The notes under the pieces were generated by a model, which saw only the letters and a list, made by a program, of their open reading frames with translations, was not told the DNA's origin and did not search any database. A stretch of DNA of 64,000 nt from the human T2T-CHM13v2.0 reference genome, Homo sapiens. This document shows, piece by piece, positions 41,053 to 53,229 of this stretch. The translations under genes and the position numbers were made by a program. Location of the stretch: the NCBI RefSeq assembly GCF_009914755.1, contig NC_060935.1. One strand, given 5' to 3'. Every line of letters begins with the position of its first letter. Position 1 is the stretch's first letter.

Positions 41053-42276
41053 GTGTGCAATAGTCTACTCTATGGAGTGCAGTACATAGAGACTTAATAA
41101 ATACTTGACAAATGAAACAGTGAATTAAATGCTCAACTTTGTCTTCAGTGATTCAACCTTCTAACCCCACCCTGCAGCCAAACCGGGCCAGCTTAGCTAT
41201 TTGTTTATTCGATAAATACTTATTGAGCACTTACTCAATTTTGTTCACTGCTGTGAAGGGGTACAAAAAAGCAGCCATTGGAAAAGTTAATGGAAACATT
41301 CAACTCAAAAAGTTACCAACATTTAACATTAACTTGAATTAATTTCAAGGTTATCTGTTTCCACTTTCGGCAAAGTAAACGTTAGTTAAATGGTGCATAA
41401 CTAGTTGAAGACTATAGAGTAATGTAGCAAAAAGAACAGTGGATTTGAAGTCAAGGGTCCTGGATTCCAAAACCTTACTAGTTCCCCTAGTAAATGAACG
41501 TGGGCAAGACATTGAATCTTGCAAGCTTCTGTCCACATCTCTACTCTGAGGCTGAGCATATTCCTACCTTCCCACCTTCACAGCATCATGGTTATAAGCA
41601 CTCAGAGGGAATGCTCATGGCAGCAAGATTTATAAACCTTAAAGCTCCAGAAATGCATGAGATGGTATTCTTTTTTGAAGGTTGGAAATTAGTCAATTGA
41701 GTGAGTATTTAAATTTTTTTTGAAAGCAATAATGGGCAATTTGTTCATAAGCACATAAATTTACTTGAAGCTTACCCTCAAAACAATTCATTCTTTCCAC
41801 ATAATTTGCAGAATGACAATATAACAATGTTGCTAGACTACCATGGCAAGGATTTTTTAATTTGATGTTAGCAAAAAAGGAAACCATAATTAAATAAGGC
41901 AGGACAGTGATACTGGTTTTGTGCCAATAATCCAGCCATTGGGTTTGCATCTCATTTTCAATAGTGCTCACATTTGGTGGTGTTTTACAGAAACCAGGCA
42001 CCTTTCTTTCAGTCCAACCACAGTACAAGCTCCCTGGGGACAAAGACTTATCTCCACTGTCTTGCTATTCTTAACACTTCCCACAGACAAGCACAGCACC
42101 TTGCTGAAAGAAAACAGTAAATGAGTGTTTATTGCATACACCTGAATAATAAAGGAAGCTTGAATTAGGATTGCATTCAACCAAAAGTGCCAAAATCTTC
42201 ATGTTCAGGGTTGAGCTTTGGTTGAGCAATCATTCAGGGAAAAGAAGCAAAGAAACAAGGCTTATATCTTTGCGGG

Positions 42277-42769
42277 TGTGAGGGTTAATTTTATGTCAAC
42301 TTAACTGGGCTAAGGGATGCCCAGAGAGCTAGTCAAACATTCCTTCTAGGTGTGTCTGTGAAGATGTTTCCAGAAGAAATTAGCCTTTAACTCAGGAGAC
42401 TGAATACAGATCACCCTCACCAATGTGGGTGGGCCTCATGCAATCCATTGAGGGCCTGAATAGAACAAAAGGTGGAGGAAGGGTGAGTCTGCTTTCTGCT
42501 TTAGCTGGGACATTCATCTTCTCCTGCCCTGGAACATCAGTGCTCCTGGTTCTCTGGCCTTTGGACTCAGTCAGGGCCTTAAATACCATTGGTTCCCCTG
42601 GTCCTCTGGCCTTCAGGCTTGGACTAGAACTACTCCACTGGCTTTCTTGGTTCTCCAGCTTGCAGATGGCAGATCATGGGACTTCTTGGCCTCTATAATC
42701 CCTTATAATAAATCTCTTTCTCTATATATCCTATTGATTCTGTTTCTTCAGAGAACCCTGACTAATATG
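42277..42769 (+). mobile_element. MLT2B-type ERVL solo LTR
   Basis: TGTGAGGGTTAATTTTATGTCAACTT..GGTGTGTCTGTGAAGATGTTTCCAGA..AATAAATCTC..GAGAACCCTGACTAATA. Confidence 0.88.
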
Positions 42770-43959
42770 GGGTGGTGTAAGGCAGTTACAGCAGATGTAC
42801 TGAGCCTGTTACATTTCCATTGGCAGTTGTAAGTCTAATAACAGATAATACTCATTGAGTGCTTCCCCCTTGTCTGGCACTGTTTACCTCATCTAATTCT
42901 CAGGCCAACTATGAAGTATAATACAGGACTATTATTAATCCTGCTTTACAGATGAGAAAACAAAGGCACAGCAAGATCAAGAATCTTGAACCCCCACCAC
43001 CCCCACCATGCCAAAAAACATCCCACAAAACCCACAGCTAATAGTGGGCTGATTCAAATGAACCCCAAAGCCCCACATTCTTAATCACTGTGTATATTGC
43101 CTAGAGATGTAGCACGTAGCACAAATGTCTTCTTGCTTGCTACTCAAAATGAGATTGTTCTCCAACTTTCACAAAAGGTGAGGGCCAATAAAGAATGATG
43201 ATTTAAAAAAAAAAAAATCCAGGTAAGTCCACATTTGTCAGAGAATGATGAAGCTGAGCAGCATTTGGCTTTTGGCCAGAGTTGGTACGCTCGTCTTTCT
43301 AACTGTCTGTGACTGATCCAAGTTGCCCCAGTGCCGACTTAATTTTGCAGATGTACAAGTATACTAGAGACAAGGTAGGTGTCAGTGCTGCTAGGCAAAC
43401 TGGCAAGAGATTTTCTGTGGTTGGGAGTTTCTGTTTCTTCCAGGCATGAACAAAGTGCAATGTGGGAGCTGAACACAGGAGAAATTACCTGGCTTGTTAC
43501 CAAGAATTTTTAATAGCAGCATCCTTCAATTTCTCTCCTGCGGCTTAACCCAACCCCAGGAGGAGATGAATACCTGGCAAGCCATGAATCTTGCTCTGAA
43601 GGCCACTTTCTGTAGCCATAGGTTGAATGAGGACCCATGGCATTTGCAGTTCCTAACAGACCCGACCTCGTGGAGGACTTGGATCCTCAGGCTCTCAAAC
43701 AAGAGTTTCAGAAAAAAGTATATCAATCCACACTGAAGATCTTGAATGAGTAAATGAATGAATGAGTGAATATCATTTATGAGCTCCAAGCAGCCTAGTT
43801 CTCAAAATGTTTCAAGTCTCTAACTTTTAAGCAAGTTCAAGGTACTTTTTAAATTGTTGAATTTAAATATTGACCATTATTTACTTAACCTTTTAGTTCA
43901 TTAGTTATTGTTTAATTCTTACACCTACAGGTGTGAGCTTTAGGGTCTGAATAAAGGAG

Positions 43960-44420
43960 AACAAGCCTACTAGGAAAAATGAGACACAGACACAAATAAT
44001 CTCAATTCAAGGCATCATGTGATAAGTGCCACATGTACAGAGTAATGACCTGAGGGAGAGTTTGCTTCTACATGGGCAATCAGAGAAGACTTCATGGAGG
44101 AGGTTACCTTGGAAAGGAACTTGAAGAATGAGCAGGAATCTACTAGGTAGATTTGGAGAGGAAAGGAAGGAAAGAGAAAAGATACAGCCCAAGACCCAAG
44201 ACTGAGAATTGGGTTCATGGAATAAAAACTGGACCAGTTAAACTTAAGCATGAAGTTTATGTGGGGAGATTAGTGGGAGATAAGATTAGAAAAGTAAATT
44301 GGGACCAGGTTGTGCTGAGCTTTGAATGTCACGGTAAGGCTTATGGGGTTTATTCAGGATACAACGGGGAGACATTGAAGGTTACTGAGCAAGGAAGAGA
44401 AATGATCACATTAGTTTGTT
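43960..44420 (-). mobile_element. L2 fragment
   Basis: AATCAGAGAAGACTTCATGGAGGAGGT..TTGAAGAATGAGCAGGA..TTGAAGGTTACTGAGCAAGG. Confidence 0.6.
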
Positions 44421-44867
44421 CCTTGTCTCTGGTTTTTGAGAGCGTATGATCTTTTCTGGCAGATACTGCGCATAGCCAAGACTGAAGCCAAAACTACTCT
44501 CCCAGGCAGCCCCTAACCTGGCTGTGCTTCCCGCCTGCTCTTCATGCCCAGAAGGCTCTCCAACAGTCCCCTTTCTGGGCATGCGGCCTGGGTCAGCTTC
44601 CCTGAGCTGCTCTCTCTAACTCTTGCTTTATTGAACACACTCCATGGTTTGGAAACAAGGCTACTGATTCTGCTGCAGCAAAAATTCAATAACAGCAAAC
44701 CTTTCTCTGTTCCCAGAAAATTAAGTTAATTGATGATTGCCTTAATTGTAAATTTTTCAACTATAAACTTACTTTTAACTATTGGCCTCTGCTATGGCTT
44801 GGCTCTAATAGAATCTAGTATGAGCTGCTATTTGATTTAGCACAAAATTATATTTTTAATTAACCTG

Positions 44868-45090
44868 GGCTTTGAAGTTGGGCCCATCTGGATAGAAATC
44901 CTTGGTCCGCCATTTACTAGCTCTGTGACCTTAGGCAAATCAATTGCCATTTCTGAGCCTCAATACGCTCATCTGCAAAATGTGGGCAATTATGCCCCTC
45001 CCACCGGGTGTTGTGAGAATTAAATGAGATTAAACACATGTGCAGTACCTAGCCAAGGGGCAGCCGGTTTGAAGTACTCAACAAGTATTA
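44868..45090 (+). mobile_element. MIR
   Basis: TTACTAGCTCTGTGACCTTAGGCAAAT..TCTGAGCCTCA..TGTTGTGAGAATTAAATGAGA. Confidence 0.85.
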
Positions 45091-45349
45091 CCTCTTCCTG
45101 TTTCCACTCCCACTCTTTTCCCTTCTCCCTCCCCTTGGACGTGAGGAATGTGCTTTATGCCAACGCTTGACTTAGCAGCATTTTGTGATGTTCTGCAAAG
45201 AGGGAGGCAGTGCTGGATGGTGGAAGCAGCATGTACTTCAGAGTAGGACAGACTTGGGTTCAAATTCTTGCAGCTCGCACTGGTGACATGACTTTGTACA
45301 AAGCATTTATCCTTTCCAAGCTTTAATCTCCTTCTGTGCAAGATAAAAC

Positions 45350-45822
45350 TGTATTAGTTTGGTTCTCCAGAGAAACAGAGCCAATAGGATATCTACATAT
45401 ATACAGAGAGAAATATAAGAGGAGATTTATTATGAGAATTGGCTCACGATTGTGGAAGCTGAGAAGACCCACTATATGCTGTGTGCAAAGTGGAAAACCA
45501 TGAAAAATGGTAGTGTAATTTAGTCCGAGTCTGAAGACCTGAGAACCAGGGGCACCAATGTCCAAGGGCAGGAGAAGATGGATGTCCCAGCTCAAGCAGA
45601 GACCGAGAGAACTCCCCATTCTTCCGCCTTCTGTTCTGTTCAGTCTCTCAAGGGATTAGACGATGCCCATCCACTTGAGTGAAGGTGATCTTCTTTACTC
45701 AGTCTACTGATTTGAATGCTAACCTCTTTCAGAAAAGCCCTCACAGACACACCCAGAAATCATGTTTACCAGCTATCTGGGCTTCCCTTAGCCCAGTCAA
45801 ACTGACAAAGTCAACCATCATG
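45350..45822 (-). mobile_element. MLT2B-type ERVL solo LTR inserted in a MIR
   Basis: TGTATTAGT..GTTCTCCAGAGAAACAGAGCCAATAGGA..CCTCACAGACACACCCAGAAAT..CCCAGTCAAACTGACA. Confidence 0.88.
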
Positions 45823-47950
45823 AACAACAACCACGTGCAGTTACCGTGATGATTAAACGAGCTGGCACCTGCAATCCTTCTCAGCACATGCCTCTCACAC
45901 AGTAGGAGCTTGACAAATATTAGCCTTAGAAGATTCCAGCAGCCAACGTGGCAAGTGTGAGCACCCCTGGGCCTCACTCCTTTCCCCCTCTTAAGCTCAT
46001 TGCTCTTGGCTCCTCTTTGTTCTTTTGTTCTCAATATTTTCCAGCCTCCTTGCATTCTACTGGCCCCGGAGGAGGTTGTCTTGGGTAATCGTCTGGGTAA
46101 TATTGTAATGGGTAATCATTTCATCACCCATGACAAACGGACCTGCCTTAGAATTGTGGCTCCATTACTCACAAGCCAAGTGACCTGAACCAGAGGGTTC
46201 ACACTTCCTCCTTGGATGTGTGTGCAAATCAAGTGAGAAAATGCAGGGAAGAGCTGAGGGCAGAGTCTGCACACAGCAGCCCTCGGGAGGGTAAGTCACA
46301 CTAACTATCCATGGTGTACTGTGTGTCTTTCCCCGACTCTGCACCCAGGTACTTCCGCTCTGCCCTCAGTCACTGCCTCCTGATCATCTTGGGCTCCTCT
46401 CCAAATTTATATTCACCGAGTCCACAGCAGTGTTGATCCTTGCATCTAGGATAACAACAAAAATAAGGGTCCTTTTAAGGCACAACTGGAAGGGGTCCTC
46501 ATTTCCTGGGGGAAGCTGGATGGGTCAGAGCCAGGACAGAAGTCCAGGCCAGTGAGCCCCAGCACTCAAGGTGAAGCAGATGATCTCTTATCCTGTCTTT
46601 GTCCATTTTACTTAAAGCAAAGCTCATAGCCATCTCTCTCCCTTAATCAAAGCAATTGTTATTTCTGCTAACTCGCCCTGCGGACATTAATTAACTCTCT
46701 GCCAAGCATGGCCAGATACCACGGAAGTCAGTACCCCATGAGACAGGAGGGCTCTCAGAGCATCACACTCCCAACATATGCAACAGAAAGCAGTGGCCAT
46801 TTGTCCACTGCTCCTGTGTCCCTGATGGCCCAGGCAAGCTGGGAACTTTGGCCCCTAAAAGGAAATTATCCTGCCTTCCTAAAAACCAGAGGAATGCCTT
46901 TGCTGCTGAAAGGATTTCAAGTATTAAAATCATGACTTCTGCTTGTATTTGCCTTGCCTGTTTACAACTCACTGACCCCTACATCACCTCACCTATTAGA
47001 GTTGGAAGGACCTTAGAAAAAAGTCATCTGGCTTCTTCATTTCACTGCAAGGAAATGAGGTTTGAAGAGGCTGTGAGACTTGTTCAGGGTCATCGGAACT
47101 GCATTTCGCTGAGCCAGAATGAGATTTCAGGCCCCAGGGTTTCTTCCATAATTCTCTGGGAGGTCTCAGCCTCTACTCTGGAAGCAAGCACTGGCATGGA
47201 GTGGACTCTGAGTTTATCCATTTCTCAATTAGCATTTATTGAGCACCTACTGCGTGCCAGATGCTGTTCTGGTAACTCATATATATATTGTTTCATGGGA
47301 TGATCTTGCCCAGCTTTGGATCCCTACCAGCAGTGGCACACAGTAGGTGCTCAATAAATGTGGATTTTGTCTTCTTTGCCTTGGGAGCCATGTTGTGGGG
47401 TTGAAAGAGAGTGGGTTTTGGAGTCAGTCTGGGTTTGAATCTCATCCTTGTCAGCTTTTTGGCCTTTACCTTTCTAAGCCCCAGTTTCCATATCTCTAAA
47501 ATGGAGACTACAACTAAGTTGGAGTACAGTTATAAGTTTCAAAGTTACTGTATGCAAAGAACCTGGTACTCATAGTAGGTGTCATTGGACCTGCTGTTAT
47601 TGATATTGTTACCATCTTCAAGGAGCTGACAATCTCAGAAGCTGACACATACCTGAACAATCACAAAGCAAAGCAGACTGTGGTACAAATCACAGCAAAG
47701 ACCAGGGGTGAGCTAGGGAGGTTCCAGGGATAATCTTATGCCTGGGGATGATGGAAGGCTTCCTGGAACAGGGGCCATGGAGTTGAACTGATTGATGTGG
47801 AAGGGAGCAGGGATGCAAACAGCAAGGCTACAGGTGAGGAGGCAAGAGGTGCAGCAAGTGCTCAGGTCCAGGAGGGAAGGAATCTAGGATTTTTGGAAAA
47901 CTGAAAGTTCAGGGGAGTGGTGGAAGATACATTTTGAAAGATAAGCAGGA

Positions 47951-48298
<348 letters not shown>

Positions 48299-48980
48299 CT
48301 AATTCTGCTGGGAGTGGGGAGTCATAGAAGCATCTTGAACAAAGTAATGATATGAAAAGAGCTAAGACTTCAAGTGAGAAAAGGAAGGCCCAGTGTAGGG
48401 AGGAAACTGGGGAGGGAAAGAAGAAACTGGATACAACACAAAAAGCAGAGGTAAAATAGGAGGACTCAGCCACAGACTGATGTAGCAAAGAGGGAGAGAG
48501 AGGTGAGGAGTGCAGGAAGTTGAGAGAATGGTGATGCCACTGATCTAAGAGGGAAAGTAACCAGTATTGATTAGAGACACAGAGAAAGAGAAAACAGAAG
48601 GGTATCTTGAAAGGAGGCCTGGGGATACCTGTCCATGCGGAGAGATGGGTGGAAAGAAAGACACTGAAGACACAGGAGAGAGAGGCTAACTGAGAGCAGG
48701 ATCTTGGACAAGGCCAGAAGCCCCACTGGGGCCTTGGTCAGGACGTGGAATGGGGAGTAGAAACACAAAGACACAAAAGAACTTTACGTTGGAGAGAAGG
48801 AAGCTTGAATTTATTGATACTCTCATCCATTCCATCAACTTCCACGACAGCCCACCACCTGCCAGACAGTACACTAACCCTTGCCAGCTTGCACTGGACT
48901 GTCTACAAGTTAGAGACAAGGCTGCCTGCTAAGGGAAAGGGGTTGGGGGTTCTTAAGAATTTGTTTAAAATGCCAATTCC

Positions 48981-49268
<288 letters not shown>

Positions 49269-50068
49269 TAAAATGCCAATTTCTTTGTTCATCCTGCAAA
49301 GATACCAATTCACTATCACTCTCCAGGTGGTTCTTTGGGAAGTGTCTTAAAACCACAGTTCAAGAAATCAATTTAGAAACTTGCAAGAGTTTTGAGGTCA
49401 CGGCTGAGGTCCCAGATTTGTAGAGGACCCAGGCTTCACACTTTATAGTCAGCCTAGGAGATGGGGAGGAGGCAGTAAGTGGGGCTCAACCACATCCATT
49501 ACAAACACAACCCACATCCATTGGGATGAACAAGGAGGCAACGAGGGAAAATGAGGGGGAGTATTGCAGGAATGGCTAAGGGAGCATTGTGAATGGCCCA
49601 ACTCTAGTCTCCATTAGGCTTTGCACATCCCCATTTCTGACTTCATCTTCCAACCTTGCCCAACCCCTAAAAATATTTCAAAGAATCCCAGGGAACTAGA
49701 TTACCTAAGGCTTCTAAGTATCCTTCAGCTCTAGTATTTAATTACAATTACACTTAACACATATCCAACAATCAAACCTGTTCAAAGGAGGAAACAGTCC
49801 TAGTGATAATGCTTAATGTTTGTGGAGAACAGTACAGCTTTCAGAGCAATTCCATGCATGTTACCGTACATTACATCATGTCAGCATTCCTCAGTGAGTG
49901 ACTCATAGCCCACCCATACCAACATCACCTGGGGGAATGGTAGAAATGGAGAATTGTGAGTCCCAACCCAGCCCTACTGTATCAAAACCATCTGGAGGAC
50001 CAGGACCCTGGAAGCTGAACTTTTAACATGCTCTGTAGTGATTCTGAAGAAAACTACAACTTGGAAGC

Positions 50069-51433
50069 TGTGATATCTTTGTCCCCAGTTCCTGGCACAC
50101 AGCTTCAAAAACTCTTGGAATTTCCTGATAGGAATGTATTTTGTTATTCATAACAAGCCCTTTTTGACCACAGTAAAGTGTATAAATGCTAATGGTGAGC
50201 CCTTAGAAAGTTTCAAGGGAGAGGCTGGCCATGCTAGAAAGACCAAGCGTGGGATTAGAGTTGGAACTTTCAGCCCCAGCCCCCAGCTCTAGGGAGGGGA
50301 GAAAGACTGGAGATTGAGTTCAATCACAAGGCCGTTGATTCAATCAATCATGCCCACATAATGAAACTCATATAAAGACTCTGGACACCAAAGCTCAGTG
50401 GATCTTTCTGGTTGGTGAATATATTAATGTGCTAGAAAGGCGATTTCACAAGGAAAGGGCATGGAAGGGTGAATATATTAATGTGCTAGAAAGGCTATTT
50501 CACAAGGAAAGGGCATGGAAGTTCTGTGCACCATCGCCCTACCTTGAGCATTTTGTTGTTCCTGACCTGTATCCTTTAAGGTAAAACTGTAATGGTGAGT
50601 ACAGTACTTTTAGTGATTCCCGAGAGTTGTTCTAGAAAATTATTGAACCTGAAGGAGACTCATGCAGTCACCTGAATTTGTAGCCAAGTCAGACAGAAGT
50701 GCAGGTAGGCTAGTGACGGAGTGCAGGAGACACTACTCCAAAATATGGCATCTTGGCATACTGAGTATTTTAAGCTAAAAGAAACTGAGAAAACAGCAGA
50801 GGCAGGAAGTTTTCTCTATCTTTCTCCACCCCCTCTGTCCTGAAACAGATCATAGAAAATGAAATGCTCCTCACTTGTTCTTCCCTGAAGCAAGCCATAA
50901 AACCTGAGAAGGTCACTCTCTGACCTTCTCCCTCCCTCCTCCCCTGAAAACCCTCACATGACAGGCATCCTGGCTACACTCAGAGGAAAGAATGATCACA
51001 CAGGGATGCCAAGAAGAATCTGAACAAACAGGCCTCACTAAGCTTCCCCTAGTTTATTACCATGAGAGCACACTCTTTTGTTCTCCAATCACACTTCCAC
51101 ATGACTGTCCGTAAAAATACAGTTTTCCCTGTGTCTTTGGACCTTCATTATTGAAGGCCATGCAAAAACTTGTATTGAATTATTTGCCTGCTCTTCTTTC
51201 TCATTAATCTGTCTTTTGTTACAGGATCTCAGCCATGAACCTTGCAATGAGTGAGGAAAAGATATTTCTTTTTTCTCCCCTGCACTGGGGACCCCATTTG
51301 CAAGTGATATCTGAAGTAAGGATGGTTTCGTTGGTGACCTGGCCCTTTAACTTGTGGGATCTGATGCTGACTCCCAGTAGTTAGTGTCAGACTCCAGTAG
51401 AATTGCAGGACACCCAGCTGTTGTCAGAGAATT
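50069..51433 (+). mobile_element. MER21-type LTR, interrupted by a MER34
   Basis: TCTTTGTCCCCAGTTCCTGGCACACAGCT..GAAAGACCAAGCGTGGGATTAGAG..GACACCCAGCTGTTGTCAGAGAATT; 54-bp tandem duplication at 50414-50521. Confidence 0.8.
50714..51284 (+). mobile_element. MER34-type solo LTR nested in the MER21
   Basis: CTCCAAAATATGGCATCTTGGCATACTGAGTATTTTAAGC..GAATCTGAACAAACAGGCC; TSD CTAG/CTGG. Confidence 0.8.
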
Positions 51434-51689
51434 ATTGCCAGAACACAGAATTCATGGTCTTATATAAGCCAAACCACACTCTTGGAAGTTATGGACTAAT
51501 ATCCCCACATGACAGCTGGGGAGACTGAGAGACAGGGAGGACAAACGACTCACCCACAGACAGAGAGCCATTCTGGGGCAAAGCAGGATTATGCAGTCAG
51601 GTAATGCCTCCTCCCTCCAGGGCACAGCTGTCCACCATGGCCCAAGTTCATGGTAAAACCACATGGCTTGGAAACTGGAACCTGCCTTG

Positions 51690-52480
51690 GGGGGTCACTT
51701 AATTCAACCCATTAGTGCCAACTGCCAGGGAGGTAATGAAAAAGAGCTGAGGCCCTCAGACCTCTGCAAGTTTAAATTATACCTTTCTGACTGTGTGTGT
51801 CTTATATAATCCTCAAAGATTTTTAATTGTGACAGCCTAAGGAAATTACAGGTGACTTGAAGCAATTTAATGATAATAAAAATAAAATAAAAACAGTAAA
51901 CAGCACTGCTGTTCCCTCTAATTTCCCAGCATCTTTATCATATAAATGCCTCCCATTCTTTTCCCCACAGACAATTAATGAATCTGCAATTGCCGCTGGA
52001 TGCGGTGCTCACCTCTCCTTAATTCTCTTTCTGTTGCAGCTCCACTTCGGGAGGAAGTCCCTCCCAGCTGCACTTTCAGGGTTCTCACAGGTTAGCCAGA
52101 CTGCAGAAGCTGCCCCCAAGAAGCACTGGGGCCTCCCCTCCTCCACAGACTGGACTTTCCTCTCTTGCTTCTCACCCAAAGGGCCCAGAGCTGGCTTCTC
52201 CAGCCAAGTTTCTCCAGGAGCCCTGCTGATTTGAGCAGCCACAAATTGACCTTCTCTCAGGGTGTCTCCTTGCCTTCCTCCTGGTGTTAATATGCACCTT
52301 AAAGAGCTGCAAACTCAACAAGTCTCTGTTATGCAGGTTAATTCAGAGCACAGCCAAGCTGTGATCAAATGACCTTTACCCACTTCCCTGCTAATTTTGA
52401 TGGGCAGCTCCATTTTCCTTCTCCCTCCTGATCCCCCCTTGCTCTAAATTGGAAATCTATCAATTTTGAGGTAAATGGAA
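51690..52480. promoter_or_regulatory. Candidate conserved enhancer (homeodomain/MEIS-rich)
   Basis: Repeat-free; TTAATTGTGACAG, CAATTTAATGA, CAATTAATGA, GTAAACA and many TAAT/ATTA cores. Confidence 0.4.
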
Positions 52481-52493
52481 AATAAAGATACAC

Positions 52494-52504
52494 AGGCACA
52501 CACA

Positions 52505-52545
<41 letters not shown>

Positions 52546-52552
52546 TACACAC
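52494..52552 (+). repeat. (CA)n microsatellite, imperfect
   Basis: CA run with CATA interruptions. Confidence 0.95.
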
Positions 52553-52985
52553 TAACACTAAACATCTAGTTGTTGAGACTTGGACCAGATTGAGCCTTTT
52601 AAAAACAAAAATCCTAAACTCCTAAATCTCAAAAGAAGGCTGTAGTTGGATCCTGAGTTGATGTCAAAATAAAATAAAGATTCCAAAAGAGAATCTCTTC
52701 CCCTCAATTTTATTTCTTGCTTCATTAGTGGGATATTATAATAATAATAAATAAGGAGAATAATAATAAAAACTAACATTTATCAAGTGCTTACCAGTCA
52801 CCACTCAAGGATTAATTTACTTAATTTTCCTGACACTTTTATGACATAAGAATTATCCCTATTTTATGGAAGAAGAAACTAAGGCTTCAGGAAATTATGG
52901 AAATGCTTAAGGACTCACATAGTGGCAGGGTGAACAGCTGAACCTGGATGGTCTGATTCCAAAGCCAGGTCTTGCTTTGTTACAA

Positions 52986-53064
52986 TTAGGTTGGTGCAAA
53001 AGTAATTGTGGTTTTTTGCCATTGCTTTTAATGCAAAACCGTAATTGCTTTTGCACCAACCTAA
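52986..53064. mobile_element. MADE1 (Hsmar1-derived MITE)
   Basis: TTAGGTTGGTGCAAAAGTAATTG...CCGTAATTGCTTTTGCACCAACCTAA, a palindromic element of about 80 bp followed by TA; it lies at a MIR. Confidence 0.95.
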
Positions 53065-53229
53065 TAGCAATGTCACCCGCTAGGAATCATCATATCAAAC
53101 CTTAGTGTTCTCATCTACAAAATGAGGATAAGATCTCCCTCACCAGGCTCCTGGGAGGATAAACTAAATGGAGATGATACTTCAAATGCTGCTAATTGCT
53201 GTCAGTTCATCATTATTATAATTATTATT

